The notes under the pieces are model-generated. The model was not told the DNA's origin and made no database searches. It saw only the letters and a program-made list of their open reading frames with translations. A stretch of DNA of 42,928 bases from Sphingobacteriales bacterium (GTDB lineage: Bacteria; Bacteroidota; Bacteroidia; Chitinophagales; Saprospiraceae). Positions 1 through 9,134 of this stretch are shown here, one piece after another (position 1 is the first letter of the stretch; the number at the start of each line of letters is the position of its first letter). The translations under genes and the position numbers were made by a program. The DNA lies in assembly GCA_900299495.1 (NCBI GenBank), contig OMKD01000127.1:1-42928 (forward strand). The letters are read 5' to 3'.

Positions 1-1
1 A

Positions 2-703
2 TCAATGTCAGCACTCGCGCTTTGTCTTTGTACGATTGAAGATGAATTGTTTGGTACCTTAAGTGATGATTTATTATTTGATCGTAAAGCTTCTTACCTG
101 TCACGCTTAGGCTCTGGTTCTGCCTCAAGATCTATCTTTCCCCATTGGTCTGTTTGGGGGGCATCGCAAGCAGTAAATGGAAGTAGTGATGAGTTTGCCA
201 TTTCATATGCTCATGAGGTACACGATGTGTTCAAAGGATTCCATGACGATATATTAATAGTTAGTAAAGATGAAAAGTCTGTTTCTTCCACTGCTGGACA
301 TCAATTGATGGAGAATAATGCTTTTGCTGCTCCTCGTTATGAACAGGCAAATAGAAGATTACAGGATCTTTTGGTAGCTATGAAAAAAGGTGATGTAGAT
401 TGTTTTGGAAGGATAGCTGAGGACGAAGCGCTCACCCTTCATGCATTAATGATGGCTTCAAATCCTTCTTACTTGTTGATGCATCCGAACTCTCTAGAAA
501 TAATAAATAGAGTTAGAGCATATAGAGCTGAAACCAATAACCCTGTGTACTTTAGTCTTGACGCAGGACCAAATATTCATCTTCTTTATCCTGAGGAGAT
601 CGTGCACGAGGTTAGGCCATTCATAGAGGAGCAGTTGGTAGACCTATGCGTTGACAATTTTTGGATTAAGGATTGGTGTGGTGAAGGTCCAGAACAATTA
701 TAG
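2..703 (+). CDS. mvaD: diphosphomevalonate (mevalonate diphosphate) decarboxylase, C-terminal part; the 5' end lies upstream of the window
   Basis: The reading frame is open from the window edge. The translation contains RLGSGSASRS (compare the conserved GSGSACRS block of this GHMP-kinase-fold enzyme) and the FSLDAGPN block. Stop codon TAG at 701-703. Confidence 0.85.
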   Translation, partial: SMSALALCLCTIEDELFGTLSDDLLFDRKASYLSRLGSGSASRSIFPHWSVWGASQAVNGSSDEFAISYAHEVHDVFKGFHDDILIVSKDEKSVSSTAGHQLMENNAFAAPRYEQANRRLQDLLVAMKKGDVDCFGRIAEDEALTLHALMMASNPSYLLMHPNSLEIINRVRAYRAETNNPVYFSLDAGPNIHLLYPEEIVHEVRPFIEEQLVDLCVDNFWIKDWCGEGPEQL

Positions 704-704
704 T

Positions 705-1232
705 ATGAAGTATATCAAACTTATAGTCGCTTATATAGTATTGTTTTCCTCTTGTATCTTTGGTCAGGTTAATCCTGAATGGCCAAAGGTAAAAGATGAT
801 AAATATAATAAACGACTTAATTTCCTTTTGAGCGGATCCGTACCATTTATGGAGGTGTCAAGCTTAGAAAAAAATATCAAGGAGTACACCGTGCTTGATA
901 CCCGTGGTCGTGAAGAGTATGAAGTGTCTCATATACCAGGTGCAGTATTTGTTGGTCCTGATTTTGATCTCAAAAATGTAGAGGGTCTGGATCGCGAAAA
1001 GCCAGTTGTGGTTTACTGTTCCGTAGGATACAGGAGTGAAAAATATGGGGAGAAACTACTAAAGGCCGGGTTTGCTGAAGTATCGAATCTTTATGGTGGT
1101 ATATTTGAATGGCTGAATGCCGGTAATAATGTAGCAGTGGGTAATGAGGTTCTAGAAAATAAGCTGATACATACATACAATGCGAGCTGGGGAAAATTTG
1201 TTACCAACCCACATTGTACAAAAGTTCATTAA
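705..1232 (+). CDS. rhodanese-domain lipoprotein (sulfurtransferase-like)
   Basis: ATG at 705 lies one nt after the upstream stop. The N-terminus MKYIKLIVAYIVLFSSC is a lipoprotein-type signal. The rhodanese active-site loop is VVVYCSVGYRS. The track start at 651 overlaps the upstream gene and is not used. Confidence 0.8.
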   Translation: MKYIKLIVAYIVLFSSCIFGQVNPEWPKVKDDKYNKRLNFLLSGSVPFMEVSSLEKNIKEYTVLDTRGREEYEVSHIPGAVFVGPDFDLKNVEGLDREKPVVVYCSVGYRSEKYGEKLLKAGFAEVSNLYGGIFEWLNAGNNVAVGNEVLENKLIHTYNASWGKFVTNPHCTKVH

Positions 1233-1236
1233 GGTC

Positions 1237-1851
1237 TTACTCGCTTTCTTCAAGTTCAGATTCTTTTTTTAATAACAGCTCTTCACCTTTAGAGTAACAG
1301 CTTCTGCATCTTGGTTCATACAGGTCTTTTTCACCAAGTAAAACAAGCACATTCTCTTTTTCTTTACGGTAGGAATGTGTTGCCAAAGAGCCACAGTGTG
1401 GGCATATAGCATGAACCTTTGTAATGTATTCAGAAACGGCCAAAAGGGAAGGAATAGGTCCGAAGGGGTTGCCAAGATAATCCATATCTAAACCTGCTGC
1501 AATAACTCTTTTTCCCTCCAGGGCTAATCGCTGAGCAACTTCAGACAATTCTAAATCAAAAAACTGAGCCTCATCAATTCCAATAACTTCAAATGAATCA
1601 GCTAAACCTAAAATTTCAGATGATTTAGATACACCAATAGCCTGAATAGAATTTCTATCGTGAGATACAATAGCGTCATCTCCATAGCGAGTATCCACAA
1701 CGGGTTTGAATATTATTACTTTTTGATTAGCAATAGTAGCACGCTTAAGTCTTCTGATTAATTCCTCTGTCTTACCAGAGAACATTGATCCGCAGATTAT
1801 TTCTATCCAACCGCATTTTGGCTCTTGCGGCATGTAAGGTTCTAAAAACAT
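1237..1851 (-). CDS. tdk: thymidine kinase
   Basis: P-loop GSMFSGKTEELIRR and a C-terminal zinc ribbon (CPHCG ... CRSCY), with length typical of Tdk. An alternative start exists at the second Met (1833). Confidence 0.93.
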   Translation of the reverse strand: MFLEPYMPQEPKCGWIEIICGSMFSGKTEELIRRLKRATIANQKVIIFKPVVDTRYGDDAIVSHDRNSIQAIGVSKSSEILGLADSFEVIGIDEAQFFDLELSEVAQRLALEGKRVIAAGLDMDYLGNPFGPIPSLLAVSEYITKVHAICPHCGSLATHSYRKEKENVLVLLGEKDLYEPRCRSCYSKGEELLLKKESELEESE

Positions 1852-2136
1852 TTAAATTATTGTAATGTGATTTTACAAGAGATTCAAACCATAAGATAAG
1901 AAGAATGCGTATAAATTAAAATCCATATCTGTAGGATGTTTTCAACACTTCCCTGTAATACATGTCATCAAGGTCTATTTAATATTTTCAAATAGTGTAA
2001 TCTTCAAATAATGTAGGCTTTAAGCAATTTATTTGTTCATATTTTGTTAATGGATATAGACAATGCATTATAGTATTCTGTCCATATTTTTATATTTTGT
2101 ATTTATCTACTTGAGTAATTTCGAAACAGAACTTTT

Positions 2137-2874
2137 ATGAAGATCAAGAAATTTAAAAAGACTTTATCCAGGCTAAGTGTTTTAATCAATACAATGGATG
2201 ATAATGAGCGATTGTCAAAATTGGAGAAAGACTTAATACGAAAGCATCTGCTTGATCTTTATGATTTAACCTTTGTTGGAGAGGAAAAGCGAGAGGATTA
2301 TGATGTAGTAGAGGAAGATGCTGTCCAGGTTGTTCCAAAACAAAAGGTAGCACCAATTCAACGAGTAGAAGTTCCCAAAGAAGAACCTGTACAAGAAAGG
2401 GCAGAACCTGTAGTTGTTGAAGAACCAGTAAGACAGAAAACTTATGTTGATCTTGATCCTTCCATTAGTACGCCTAAAGAAACAGAGGTACAACTTAAGG
2501 AAGAACCCGTTCCTGTGGTTGCTATTGAGCAACCGGTAGCAGAAACAAATGCTTTTATTAGTGAAGAACATGCAGAGATCCTGGAATATGGATCTGAGGC
2601 TAATGAGCTTTCTGATCGCTTAGGTGATAGTCCTATCTCGGATTTGACTAAGGCGATGGGTATCAATGAGCGGATGCTTACAGTAAATGAGTTGTTTGAT
2701 GGGGATAATTCTGCGTTTAAACAATCGCTTAGTGCCTTAAATGAAATGTCTAGTTATAATGAGGCTAAGTCATACATATCAAATCAGTTAATCGAAAAAT
2801 ATAATTGGGTTAATCCAAAAAAGAGGAAAAAGGCCAAAGTCTTTATTAAACTTGTAAAAAGAAGGTTTAATTAA
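2137..2874 (+). CDS. hypothetical protein with an E/P/V-rich low-complexity linker
   Basis: 245-aa ORF. The central region has repeated EEPV-type units (GAAGAACCnGT repeats in the DNA). It is followed by a globular-looking C-terminal domain and a basic tail (KKRKKAKVFIKLVKRRF). No family recognised. Confidence 0.6.
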   Translation: MKIKKFKKTLSRLSVLINTMDDNERLSKLEKDLIRKHLLDLYDLTFVGEEKREDYDVVEEDAVQVVPKQKVAPIQRVEVPKEEPVQERAEPVVVEEPVRQKTYVDLDPSISTPKETEVQLKEEPVPVVAIEQPVAETNAFISEEHAEILEYGSEANELSDRLGDSPISDLTKAMGINERMLTVNELFDGDNSAFKQSLSALNEMSSYNEAKSYISNQLIEKYNWVNPKKRKKAKVFIKLVKRRFN

Positions 2875-2885
2875 AATAGAGCGGA

Positions 2886-3575
2886 TTGAAAAAGTTTTCT
2901 GAACGTCTGAAACTTAGTTTAAAACTACCAGCTGTATTTCTTGGAATTATATGGCTAGCTTTTCTATTCAATTTTCCTCCAACGAATTGGGGAGTACTTC
3001 CATTGAGTGTGGATGGTTTGAAAGGAATCCTCTTCTCTCCTATTATTCACGGAGATATTCAACACATCGTTTCTAATTCTGCTCCATTCTTTATGCTATT
3101 TAGCATGATGTTATTCTTCTACCCCAAAGTAGCTAAATCTGCGTTTGGTTTGATTTATATTTTATCCGGTTTTTTGGTATGGATCTTTGGTCGGGAAAGC
3201 TATCACATAGGAGCAAGTGGGGTTGTCTATGGTATGGTGTCTTTTCTTTTTTGGTCAGGTGTGTTTAGACGATCAATTCCTTCTATTGTTATTTCTTTGA
3301 TAGTAACCTTTCTGTATAGTGGTCTCTGGTTAGGTGTGTTACCTAATCAGCCAGGAGTCTCTTGGGAAGGACACCTACTTGGCGGAATAGTAGGTGTATT
3401 TGTTGCCTATTTGTTTAAGAACTCTAGATCAGATATTCAGCCTCCCAAAAAGACTTATAGCTGGGAGGAAAACCCCGAGCCCAAAAAGAAGTTTTTTGAT
3501 GAAAATCCTTTTGAGCAGAAAAGACCCGAGCGATTGAAGGGTGATGGAGATGGCTGGTACTCCAGTCACACTTAG
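2886..3575 (+). CDS. rhomboid-family intramembrane serine protease
   Basis: Multiple hydrophobic segments, the catalytic Ser motif GASGVVYG and a later His motif HLLGGIVG. The TTG at 2886 is the first possible start after the in-frame stop at 2877. Confidence 0.8.
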   Translation: MKKFSERLKLSLKLPAVFLGIIWLAFLFNFPPTNWGVLPLSVDGLKGILFSPIIHGDIQHIVSNSAPFFMLFSMMLFFYPKVAKSAFGLIYILSGFLVWIFGRESYHIGASGVVYGMVSFLFWSGVFRRSIPSIVISLIVTFLYSGLWLGVLPNQPGVSWEGHLLGGIVGVFVAYLFKNSRSDIQPPKKTYSWEENPEPKKKFFDENPFEQKRPERLKGDGDGWYSSHT

Positions 3576-3582
3576 CATCCAC

Positions 3583-5418
3583 TTAATCTAGTTTTTTAAT
3601 AAATCCGTTAATCCCTTTTTGGTCTAATGCAGTAAGGAAGATTTTTGCAGTTTCCTTAGTTTCAAATTTTTGACTACTCACTCTGTAGAGTGTTCTCCCC
3701 TGCCCTTTTACTTCATCAACAAGAATTCTAATGCTGTGTTTATGTATTAGTTCTTTTCCAAATCGCTCAGCACTGGATGCTTTGGAAAATACACCAAGTT
3801 GAATAATCCATTTACCGTTTTCAATCACAGGGGGATTAAGGTCAATTTTATTTTTAGTCCTTGTTCTTGTATTGGTAGTTGTTTTATCTTTTGGCTTTTG
3901 TACATCTGATTTCCGTCTTTGCGCTTCTTTTACTGCTTTAAGTGCATTCACTCGTCCGTGTCCAAAAATTAGAGAATGTCCGTTGATATAATCACTTTTA
4001 TCACCAATCTTATCTGCGGTTTGTTGAAGTATTTCTTTTACTTCCCATGCATATAAATCAGGATTCACAGATAGCATTAAGGCACAAACACCAGCAACTA
4101 GTGGGGTGGCTGCCGAAGTACCACCAAAGGCTTTATAGTGTCCAAAACTAGATGGTCCATTAATGTAGTCCTTAAGAGATTTTGAGTTATCCCAGGATGC
4201 TTTAGCTGCCAAAACAGGGATGTCTCCATCAGATGGAGCACAAATACTTAATTCTCTGCCTGTATTTGAATAATTCGGGTGTTCATCATTACTATCGGTT
4301 GCTCCCACGGCGATAACCTCGGGCATCAGAGCAAAATTGTTAATTTTATTTACACCTTCATTTCCTGCTGCAAATAAAATTATACAACCTTTGCCATTTC
4401 TTCCTCTTGTGGCAGCATGCTTGATGATGTTTTTCTTGTATGCGTTCAGATGAAAGTTCTGATCAATAGTACCCCAAGAAGCACTTATAATATCTGCCCC
4501 ATTATTTATACAGTGGTCGAACATTCTTTTCAGATCATTTGCTGCAAAACTAGGCTTTTGTACAGGTATGAATTTAGCTTTAGGCGCAACACCAATTAAT
4601 CCACTTGCATCAGCATTTGCTAATGCTATACTTGCACATGGTGTACCGTGAGTTTCCATCGGACTACCTATTCTAAGCCTTGCAGATCCTGTTGTGATAT
4701 CAAAAGGGGCTACTACCTTACCTCTGAAATCACTATGCTGGATATCAAAACCATTATCAATGAGCGCAATTTTCACATCAGACGATCCTGTGTTACCCAT
4801 GAATTGCCAAGCACGTTTGATTTTTGCGTCTGCTCCAGCTTTTGTACGCTTTCTGGTAAATGATATGGAACCGGTGTTTTCAAACTGCCATTGATCTTTT
4901 AGCAGTTGATCAATTGGAAAGGCTTCGTAGGAATCTAGAGGAATATCAAAGTCTGGTTCTGCACATTGAATCATTGATAGTTGTTCAAGCATATTACTCA
5001 CCTTGATCGGATTTGCCGACTGAGCGGTGCACATGGCGAGTATAATATTTTGCTCCTGTTGTTCATGGAGTTTTAGACCAAACTCTTCTAAGACAATGCT
5101 TTGTTCCTCTTTGTTGGTTAAGGGGTCAAAGGTTATGATAACAAGACCTGTTGGAATAATAGGCTTATTGCTTTCCTCTGTATGATAGATGTGAGTACCA
5201 ATTTCTACGGATTTCATAGCACGCAGTTCATCCAGTGTTTCGTCTGCCTGATTTACTTTAGCACCTAATTCAAATAAGTTGAATCCTCCGAAATTCAGTA
5301 AATCTGAATTATCTTTTAGCTTTTGATTCTTGATTTTATCAATAGAACCTTTTAAGCCGACTAACCTATTGCTTTTGAATAGTTTTAGTTTATTTGAACC
5401 GTTAGTAACCTCTATCAT
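3583..5418 (-). CDS. S8 (subtilisin-like) serine peptidase with a C-terminal SPOR domain; no signal peptide
   Basis: Catalytic triad contexts are LIDNGFD (Asp), HGTPCAS (His) and GGTSAATPLVAG (Ser), with oxyanion FAAGNEG. The last ~75 aa (WIIQLGVFSKASSAERF ... LYRVSSQKFETKETA ... INGFIKKL) fit the SPOR pattern. The N-terminus MIEVTNGSNKLKLFK is hydrophilic. Confidence 0.9.
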   Translation of the reverse strand: MIEVTNGSNKLKLFKSNRLVGLKGSIDKIKNQKLKDNSDLLNFGGFNLFELGAKVNQADETLDELRAMKSVEIGTHIYHTEESNKPIIPTGLVIITFDPLTNKEEQSIVLEEFGLKLHEQQEQNIILAMCTAQSANPIKVSNMLEQLSMIQCAEPDFDIPLDSYEAFPIDQLLKDQWQFENTGSISFTRKRTKAGADAKIKRAWQFMGNTGSSDVKIALIDNGFDIQHSDFRGKVVAPFDITTGSARLRIGSPMETHGTPCASIALANADASGLIGVAPKAKFIPVQKPSFAANDLKRMFDHCINNGADIISASWGTIDQNFHLNAYKKNIIKHAATRGRNGKGCIILFAAGNEGVNKINNFALMPEVIAVGATDSNDEHPNYSNTGRELSICAPSDGDIPVLAAKASWDNSKSLKDYINGPSSFGHYKAFGGTSAATPLVAGVCALMLSVNPDLYAWEVKEILQQTADKIGDKSDYINGHSLIFGHGRVNALKAVKEAQRRKSDVQKPKDKTTTNTRTRTKNKIDLNPPVIENGKWIIQLGVFSKASSAERFGKELIHKHSIRILVDEVKGQGRTLYRVSSQKFETKETAKIFLTALDQKGINGFIKKLD

Positions 5419-5460
5419 CTAATTATATATGGATGTTAATAATTAATATAATTAAATGTA

Positions 5461-5497
5461 TAAAAAATAAGAGAGGACCACAATAATGACCCTCTCT
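5461..5497 (-). terminator. putative rho-independent terminator after the sigma-factor gene
   Basis: On the minus strand: a 7-bp stem AGAGAGG/CCTCTCT (plus-strand 5470-5476 and 5491-5497) with a 14-nt loop, followed by TATTTTTTA. It starts about 28 nt after the sigma gene stop. Confidence 0.45.
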
Positions 5498-5524
5498 AAA
5501 ATTTGTTAATATTACTAACTCAAA

Positions 5525-6043
5525 TTAAGCTCTTCTGTCGAAGTTTGCTACTTCGTAAAGATTTCTTAGTTTTTTTCTTGCGAAAAATATCCTACTTTTA
5601 ATTGTTCCTAGAGGTGCATCCAGCTTCTCTGCAATTTCATCGTACTTATAACCTTTGTAAGCCATCCAGAATGGTTCTTTGAACTCTTCAGGTAAAGAAC
5701 TAACCATCTGCAACATTTCTTTGTAAGAAGCATTTGATTCTCCTTCATTTCTTACAACTTTTGAGCCGGAGTTGATAAAATAGTTATTATCAGTTTGATC
5801 AAGCATAACTCCTCTTCTTACTTTTTTACGATAGTTGTTGATGAAGATATTACGCATGATTGTAATAGCCCAAGCTTTGAAGTTTGTTCCTTCTCTGTAT
5901 TTGTCAGAGTTAGACATTATCCTAAGGGCTGTATCTTGAAATAAATCATCAGCATCAACCTTATTACCGGTTAATTTCATAGAGAACGCTCTAAGTGCTG
6001 GATCTATGTTATTTATTTTGTCATTAATAATTTTGATGCTCAT
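5525..6043 (-). CDS. sigma-70 family (ECF-type) RNA polymerase sigma factor
   Basis: Region 2 is DDLFQDTALRIMSN...FKAWAITIMRNIFINNYRK. Region 4 HTH is YKYDEIAEKLDAPLGTIKSRIFFARKKL. The start is taken at Met39 of the track ORF (ATG complement at 6041-6043); the longer N-terminus is AT-rich intergenic read-through. Confidence 0.85.
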   Translation of the reverse strand: MSIKIINDKINNIDPALRAFSMKLTGNKVDADDLFQDTALRIMSNSDKYREGTNFKAWAITIMRNIFINNYRKKVRRGVMLDQTDNNYFINSGSKVVRNEGESNASYKEMLQMVSSLPEEFKEPFWMAYKGYKYDEIAEKLDAPLGTIKSRIFFARKKLRNLYEVANFDRRA

Positions 6044-6056
6044 CTTGATTGTATTT

Positions 6057-6240
6057 TTGTAACTCTTGTTTACAATGATAATATAATTTACATTAAATCC
6101 CAAGACATTTTGTAAAAAATATTTACAATCGTGTTTTTTGTTAACTTTTTTTGACAAATGTTCAGCTGTTTTAAACCTTGCTAACCTTTATATGTTTATA
6201 AACTTGACAATTCATGCTTCTTTTGTGCATTTATTGTCAA
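6057..6240. promoter_or_regulatory. cluster of recurring inverted-repeat half-sites in the divergent sigma/XRE intergenic region (candidate operators)
   Basis: TTGTAA-N7-TTACAA at 6057-6075 and TTGTAAA-N5-TTTACAA at 6110-6128, about 53 bp centre to centre. There is an extra TTTACA at 6087-6092. TTGACAA occurs at 6151-6157 and 6204-6210, with the inverted copy TTGTCAA at 6234-6240. Confidence 0.3.
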
Positions 6241-6278
6241 AGATTTTTAATTTTAGACTTGCGTTCAACATATACAGA

Positions 6279-6797
6279 ATGAAAGAAGGATTTAATTGCG
6301 ACATTTTAAGGTCTAACATAAGGTACTTGAGAAAAAAGATGAACCTTAGTCAAGAAGATTTGGCGACTATGATAGGTTTAAATAGAGGAAATATAGCTTC
6401 CTATGAAAGTGGTACTGCAGAGCCAAGGATCGCCAATCTTGTAAAAATGTCAAAATTATTTTCAGTGCCCTTAGCAGACCTTACTGAAAAGAAGATTTGT
6501 GAAAAGTATGTTTCTATGAGTGCCGAGGAATGGCAAAAAGAATCTGATCGTATGAGCGCTGAATTAAATAATCAGCTTGACCGGCTTAAAGTTACGAAGA
6601 CATATTACAGCAGCATCTTGAACTGCAAAAAAATGTTCAAGGAGAACAACCCAGTACTTTCTGATGACGCTCTTGAATTAGAAATGTATTTCAAGCAATT
6701 ACAAACACTTACCGATAAGATACTCAAAACACAGACAGAGTTTCTTGATCGCTTATCTATTCCTACGGATTGTAAGTCTCCTCAGGAGGATTCGTAG
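6279..6797 (+). CDS. XRE-family helix-turn-helix transcriptional regulator with a C-terminal coiled-coil-like region
   Basis: HTH_XRE signature LRKKMNLSQEDLATMIGLNRGNIASYESGTAEPRIANLVKMSKLF. The start is taken at the ATG at 6279 (Met48 of the track ORF). Confidence 0.8.
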   Translation: MKEGFNCDILRSNIRYLRKKMNLSQEDLATMIGLNRGNIASYESGTAEPRIANLVKMSKLFSVPLADLTEKKICEKYVSMSAEEWQKESDRMSAELNNQLDRLKVTKTYYSSILNCKKMFKENNPVLSDDALELEMYFKQLQTLTDKILKTQTEFLDRLSIPTDCKSPQEDS

Positions 6798-7626
6798 AAG
6801 ATTTTTTAGACCATGTTTTAGGAATAAGGCTATCAAACATACTTTTGGTTTGAGCCTTCTTAGGATTCTTAAGTAACAGTATTGTTCTGGAAATTTCTTT
6901 TCCAGGTCTTCTACTAAGTACCCATTCCTTAAATAAATGCAAGGCTGAGTTTGATAAGACAATAAAGTCTATTTTATTAGAATTTAGATATTCTGTTATT
7001 ACATCGCTTGTGTTATCTGCAGGAAATTTCTTTTCATAGATAAATCTGTTCGCTGTGAGTGGTTTAGAATCATATGTCCATGATTCTCCGTCTTCTTCAG
7101 GATTGAAATAATGTAAATTACAATTGTATTGGATGCCAAGACTTAGTACTTGTTGTTGTTCAATAGCGTCTAGACTTTGAATATCTCCCCCAAAAACAAG
7201 TATGTTCTGAGGTGGTGACCATTTTTTATTATATGGAATAAACAAGGTTTGGCAATGCCCTTCCCTATTTTTTAAGTTCGCAAGATTATTTTTACGGAAA
7301 TAAAAATCGAAGTCTTCATTATTCCGAGCAATAACCGTATACACTTCTTTTTGAAGGGCCAATGTTGTTTGCTCTTTAAGTTTTCCGGATCGAAGTCTTA
7401 GGATTACATGGCTGGGCACTTGTTTTTCCTGCCCTTTTCCAAATACTCTCAGTTTATTCCAGGCAAACTTTTTGACCTTTGATGTACCAAACATCCGTCT
7501 TAGGTAGTAGTCTTCATATGTATATAAAATGGTTAACTCCTCCTTGTGGAAGTTGGCAAGGTCTTTCAAATAGCTGAAAATAGATGCAGCTTTTGGCTCT
7601 AGTTTACATGGATATAAAATTGCCAT
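6763..7626 (-). CDS. hypothetical protein (287 aa), last gene of the upp-symporter transcription unit
   Basis: Long ORF 11 nt downstream of the symporter stop on the same strand. No family recognised. Its 3' end overlaps the convergent XRE gene by 35 nt. Confidence 0.6.
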   Translation of the reverse strand: MAILYPCKLEPKAASIFSYLKDLANFHKEELTILYTYEDYYLRRMFGTSKVKKFAWNKLRVFGKGQEKQVPSHVILRLRSGKLKEQTTLALQKEVYTVIARNNEDFDFYFRKNNLANLKNREGHCQTLFIPYNKKWSPPQNILVFGGDIQSLDAIEQQQVLSLGIQYNCNLHYFNPEEDGESWTYDSKPLTANRFIYEKKFPADNTSDVITEYLNSNKIDFIVLSNSALHLFKEWVLSRRPGKEISRTILLLKNPKKAQTKSMFDSLIPKTWSKKSSTNPPEETYNP

Positions 7627-7637
7627 TTACGTTTTTG

Positions 7638-9128
7638 CTAATTTGGTTTTACTGCTGGATGAATAATACTAGACAAATATAATAAGCCTAAGGTCAAAGC
7701 GCCATTCACTGCTAGTATTGTAGACCCAAAAGAAAAAACATCTTTATATGCATAATTAAGCATAAACGATAAAACGGGAGCTGCAATACAGGTAATTATG
7801 ATATTTACTCCACTTGGAGTCCTTTTCTTGAAAAACATTCCAAAAAAGAATAAACCCAACAGTGGCCCATATGTATAGCCGGCAGCAACAAAAATTTGAT
7901 TAATTACCGAGCTGTCTTTTGGCAATGCATTAAACAGCAGTATAACAGTAAATAACAATAACGAAAAGCCGATATGAACGATTAGTCGAGTTCTTTTTTT
8001 GTGCTCAGCTGATTTATTATCCTTTTCGAAACCCAAGAAGTCAATACAAAAGGCAGTTGTTAGGGCTGTTAGCGCACTGTCTGCAGAAGAATATGCAGCA
8101 GCTATAAGACCTAGAATAAACAGAATACCAACAGTAGACGGTAAATAATTTAAAGCTAGCGTTGGATATAAGTGGTCAGGTCTTTCTGGGATTTGAACAG
8201 CATTTAGATCTGCATATTCAAATAGCATAGCCCCAAGGTAAAGGAAAATAAAGTTGACAATAACTAAAAGAACACAAAACACAAGCATGTTCTTTTGAGC
8301 ATCTTTTAGGGTTCTGCAGGATAGATTTTTTTGCATCATATCCTGATCTAGACCAGTCATTGCAAGAGCAATTAGGGCTCCACTTATTACTTGTTTCCAA
8401 AAATTATTACCGTCTTTCCACATTTCATCAAAGAAAAATAATTGACCATATTTTCCACTGTGTACATGTGCCGGAATATCAGCTATGCTCAAACCAAATG
8501 ATTTGGAAATAGCATACAGGGTAATAATAACCGCAAGCACCATGCAAATCGTCTGAATCGTATCCGTCCAAATGATCGTTTTAATACCCCCTGAAAATGT
8601 GTATACCCAAATGAGTATAATGGTTACTAGAACTGTAGCCCAAAACGGTATACCCATCGGACCCGTTACAAAGCTTTGTAGGACTCCCGCAACGAGAAAT
8701 AGTCTAAAAGATGCCCCCACTATTCTCGAGATCAGAAAATAAGCAGATCCTGTCTTCAGTGCTTCATTACCAAATCGCTGACCCAAGTACGTATATATTG
8801 ATGTGAGATTCAAACGGTAATACAAGGGTAGCAAAACAGTTGCTATGATAAAGTATCCTATTAGGTAGCCAAAGACCATCTGCATGTAGGATAGGCTTTG
8901 GTTCATCCCTTCATTACCTACTGCTCCTGGAAGGGAAATAAATGTTACACCAGAAAGAGATGTTCCAATCATACCAATCGCAACGAGGATCCAGGAAGAA
9001 TTTTTGTTACCAATAAAAAACCCTGCTTGATCTGCTTTTCGGCCCGTTATAAATGAAATAACAATTAGGAATGCAAAGTAGGCAGCTATTATAAAAAGTA
9101 TGACCTGACTCGATAGGTTTTGCTCCAT
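7638..9128 (-). CDS. sodium:solute symporter (SSF) family transporter
   Basis: 496 aa with about 13 hydrophobic helices. The N-terminal region (GRKADQAGFFIGNKNSSWILVAIGMIGTSLSGVTFISLPG) is typical of SSF transporters. The substrate cannot be inferred. Confidence 0.88.
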   Translation of the reverse strand: MEQNLSSQVILFIIAAYFAFLIVISFITGRKADQAGFFIGNKNSSWILVAIGMIGTSLSGVTFISLPGAVGNEGMNQSLSYMQMVFGYLIGYFIIATVLLPLYYRLNLTSIYTYLGQRFGNEALKTGSAYFLISRIVGASFRLFLVAGVLQSFVTGPMGIPFWATVLVTIILIWVYTFSGGIKTIIWTDTIQTICMVLAVIITLYAISKSFGLSIADIPAHVHSGKYGQLFFFDEMWKDGNNFWKQVISGALIALAMTGLDQDMMQKNLSCRTLKDAQKNMLVFCVLLVIVNFIFLYLGAMLFEYADLNAVQIPERPDHLYPTLALNYLPSTVGILFILGLIAAAYSSADSALTALTTAFCIDFLGFEKDNKSAEHKKRTRLIVHIGFSLLLFTVILLFNALPKDSSVINQIFVAAGYTYGPLLGLFFFGMFFKKRTPSGVNIIITCIAAPVLSFMLNYAYKDVFSFGSTILAVNGALTLGLLYLSSIIHPAVKPN

Positions 9129-9134
9129 GGTAGA

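Noticed and set aside
651-704. Track start of the rhodanese ORF at 651, overlapping the decarboxylase gene by 53 nt
   Set aside because: The extension (MTIFGLRIGVVKVQNNYS) precedes an obvious lipoprotein signal that starts at the ATG at 705, one nt after the upstream stop. The shorter start is far more plausible.
4417-4894. Three plus-strand ORFs (60-71 aa) inside the S8 peptidase gene
   Set aside because: They are antisense to a CDS with an intact catalytic triad. They are short and Cys/Ser/Arg-rich, as expected of non-coding frames.
6044-6278. N-terminal extensions of the sigma ORF (to 6157) and the XRE ORF (from 6138), which would make the divergent genes overlap
   Set aside because: Both extensions translate AT-rich spacer into low-complexity peptide. 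The recognisable domains begin at internal Mets (6043 and 6279). The region is better explained as a shared regulatory spacer.
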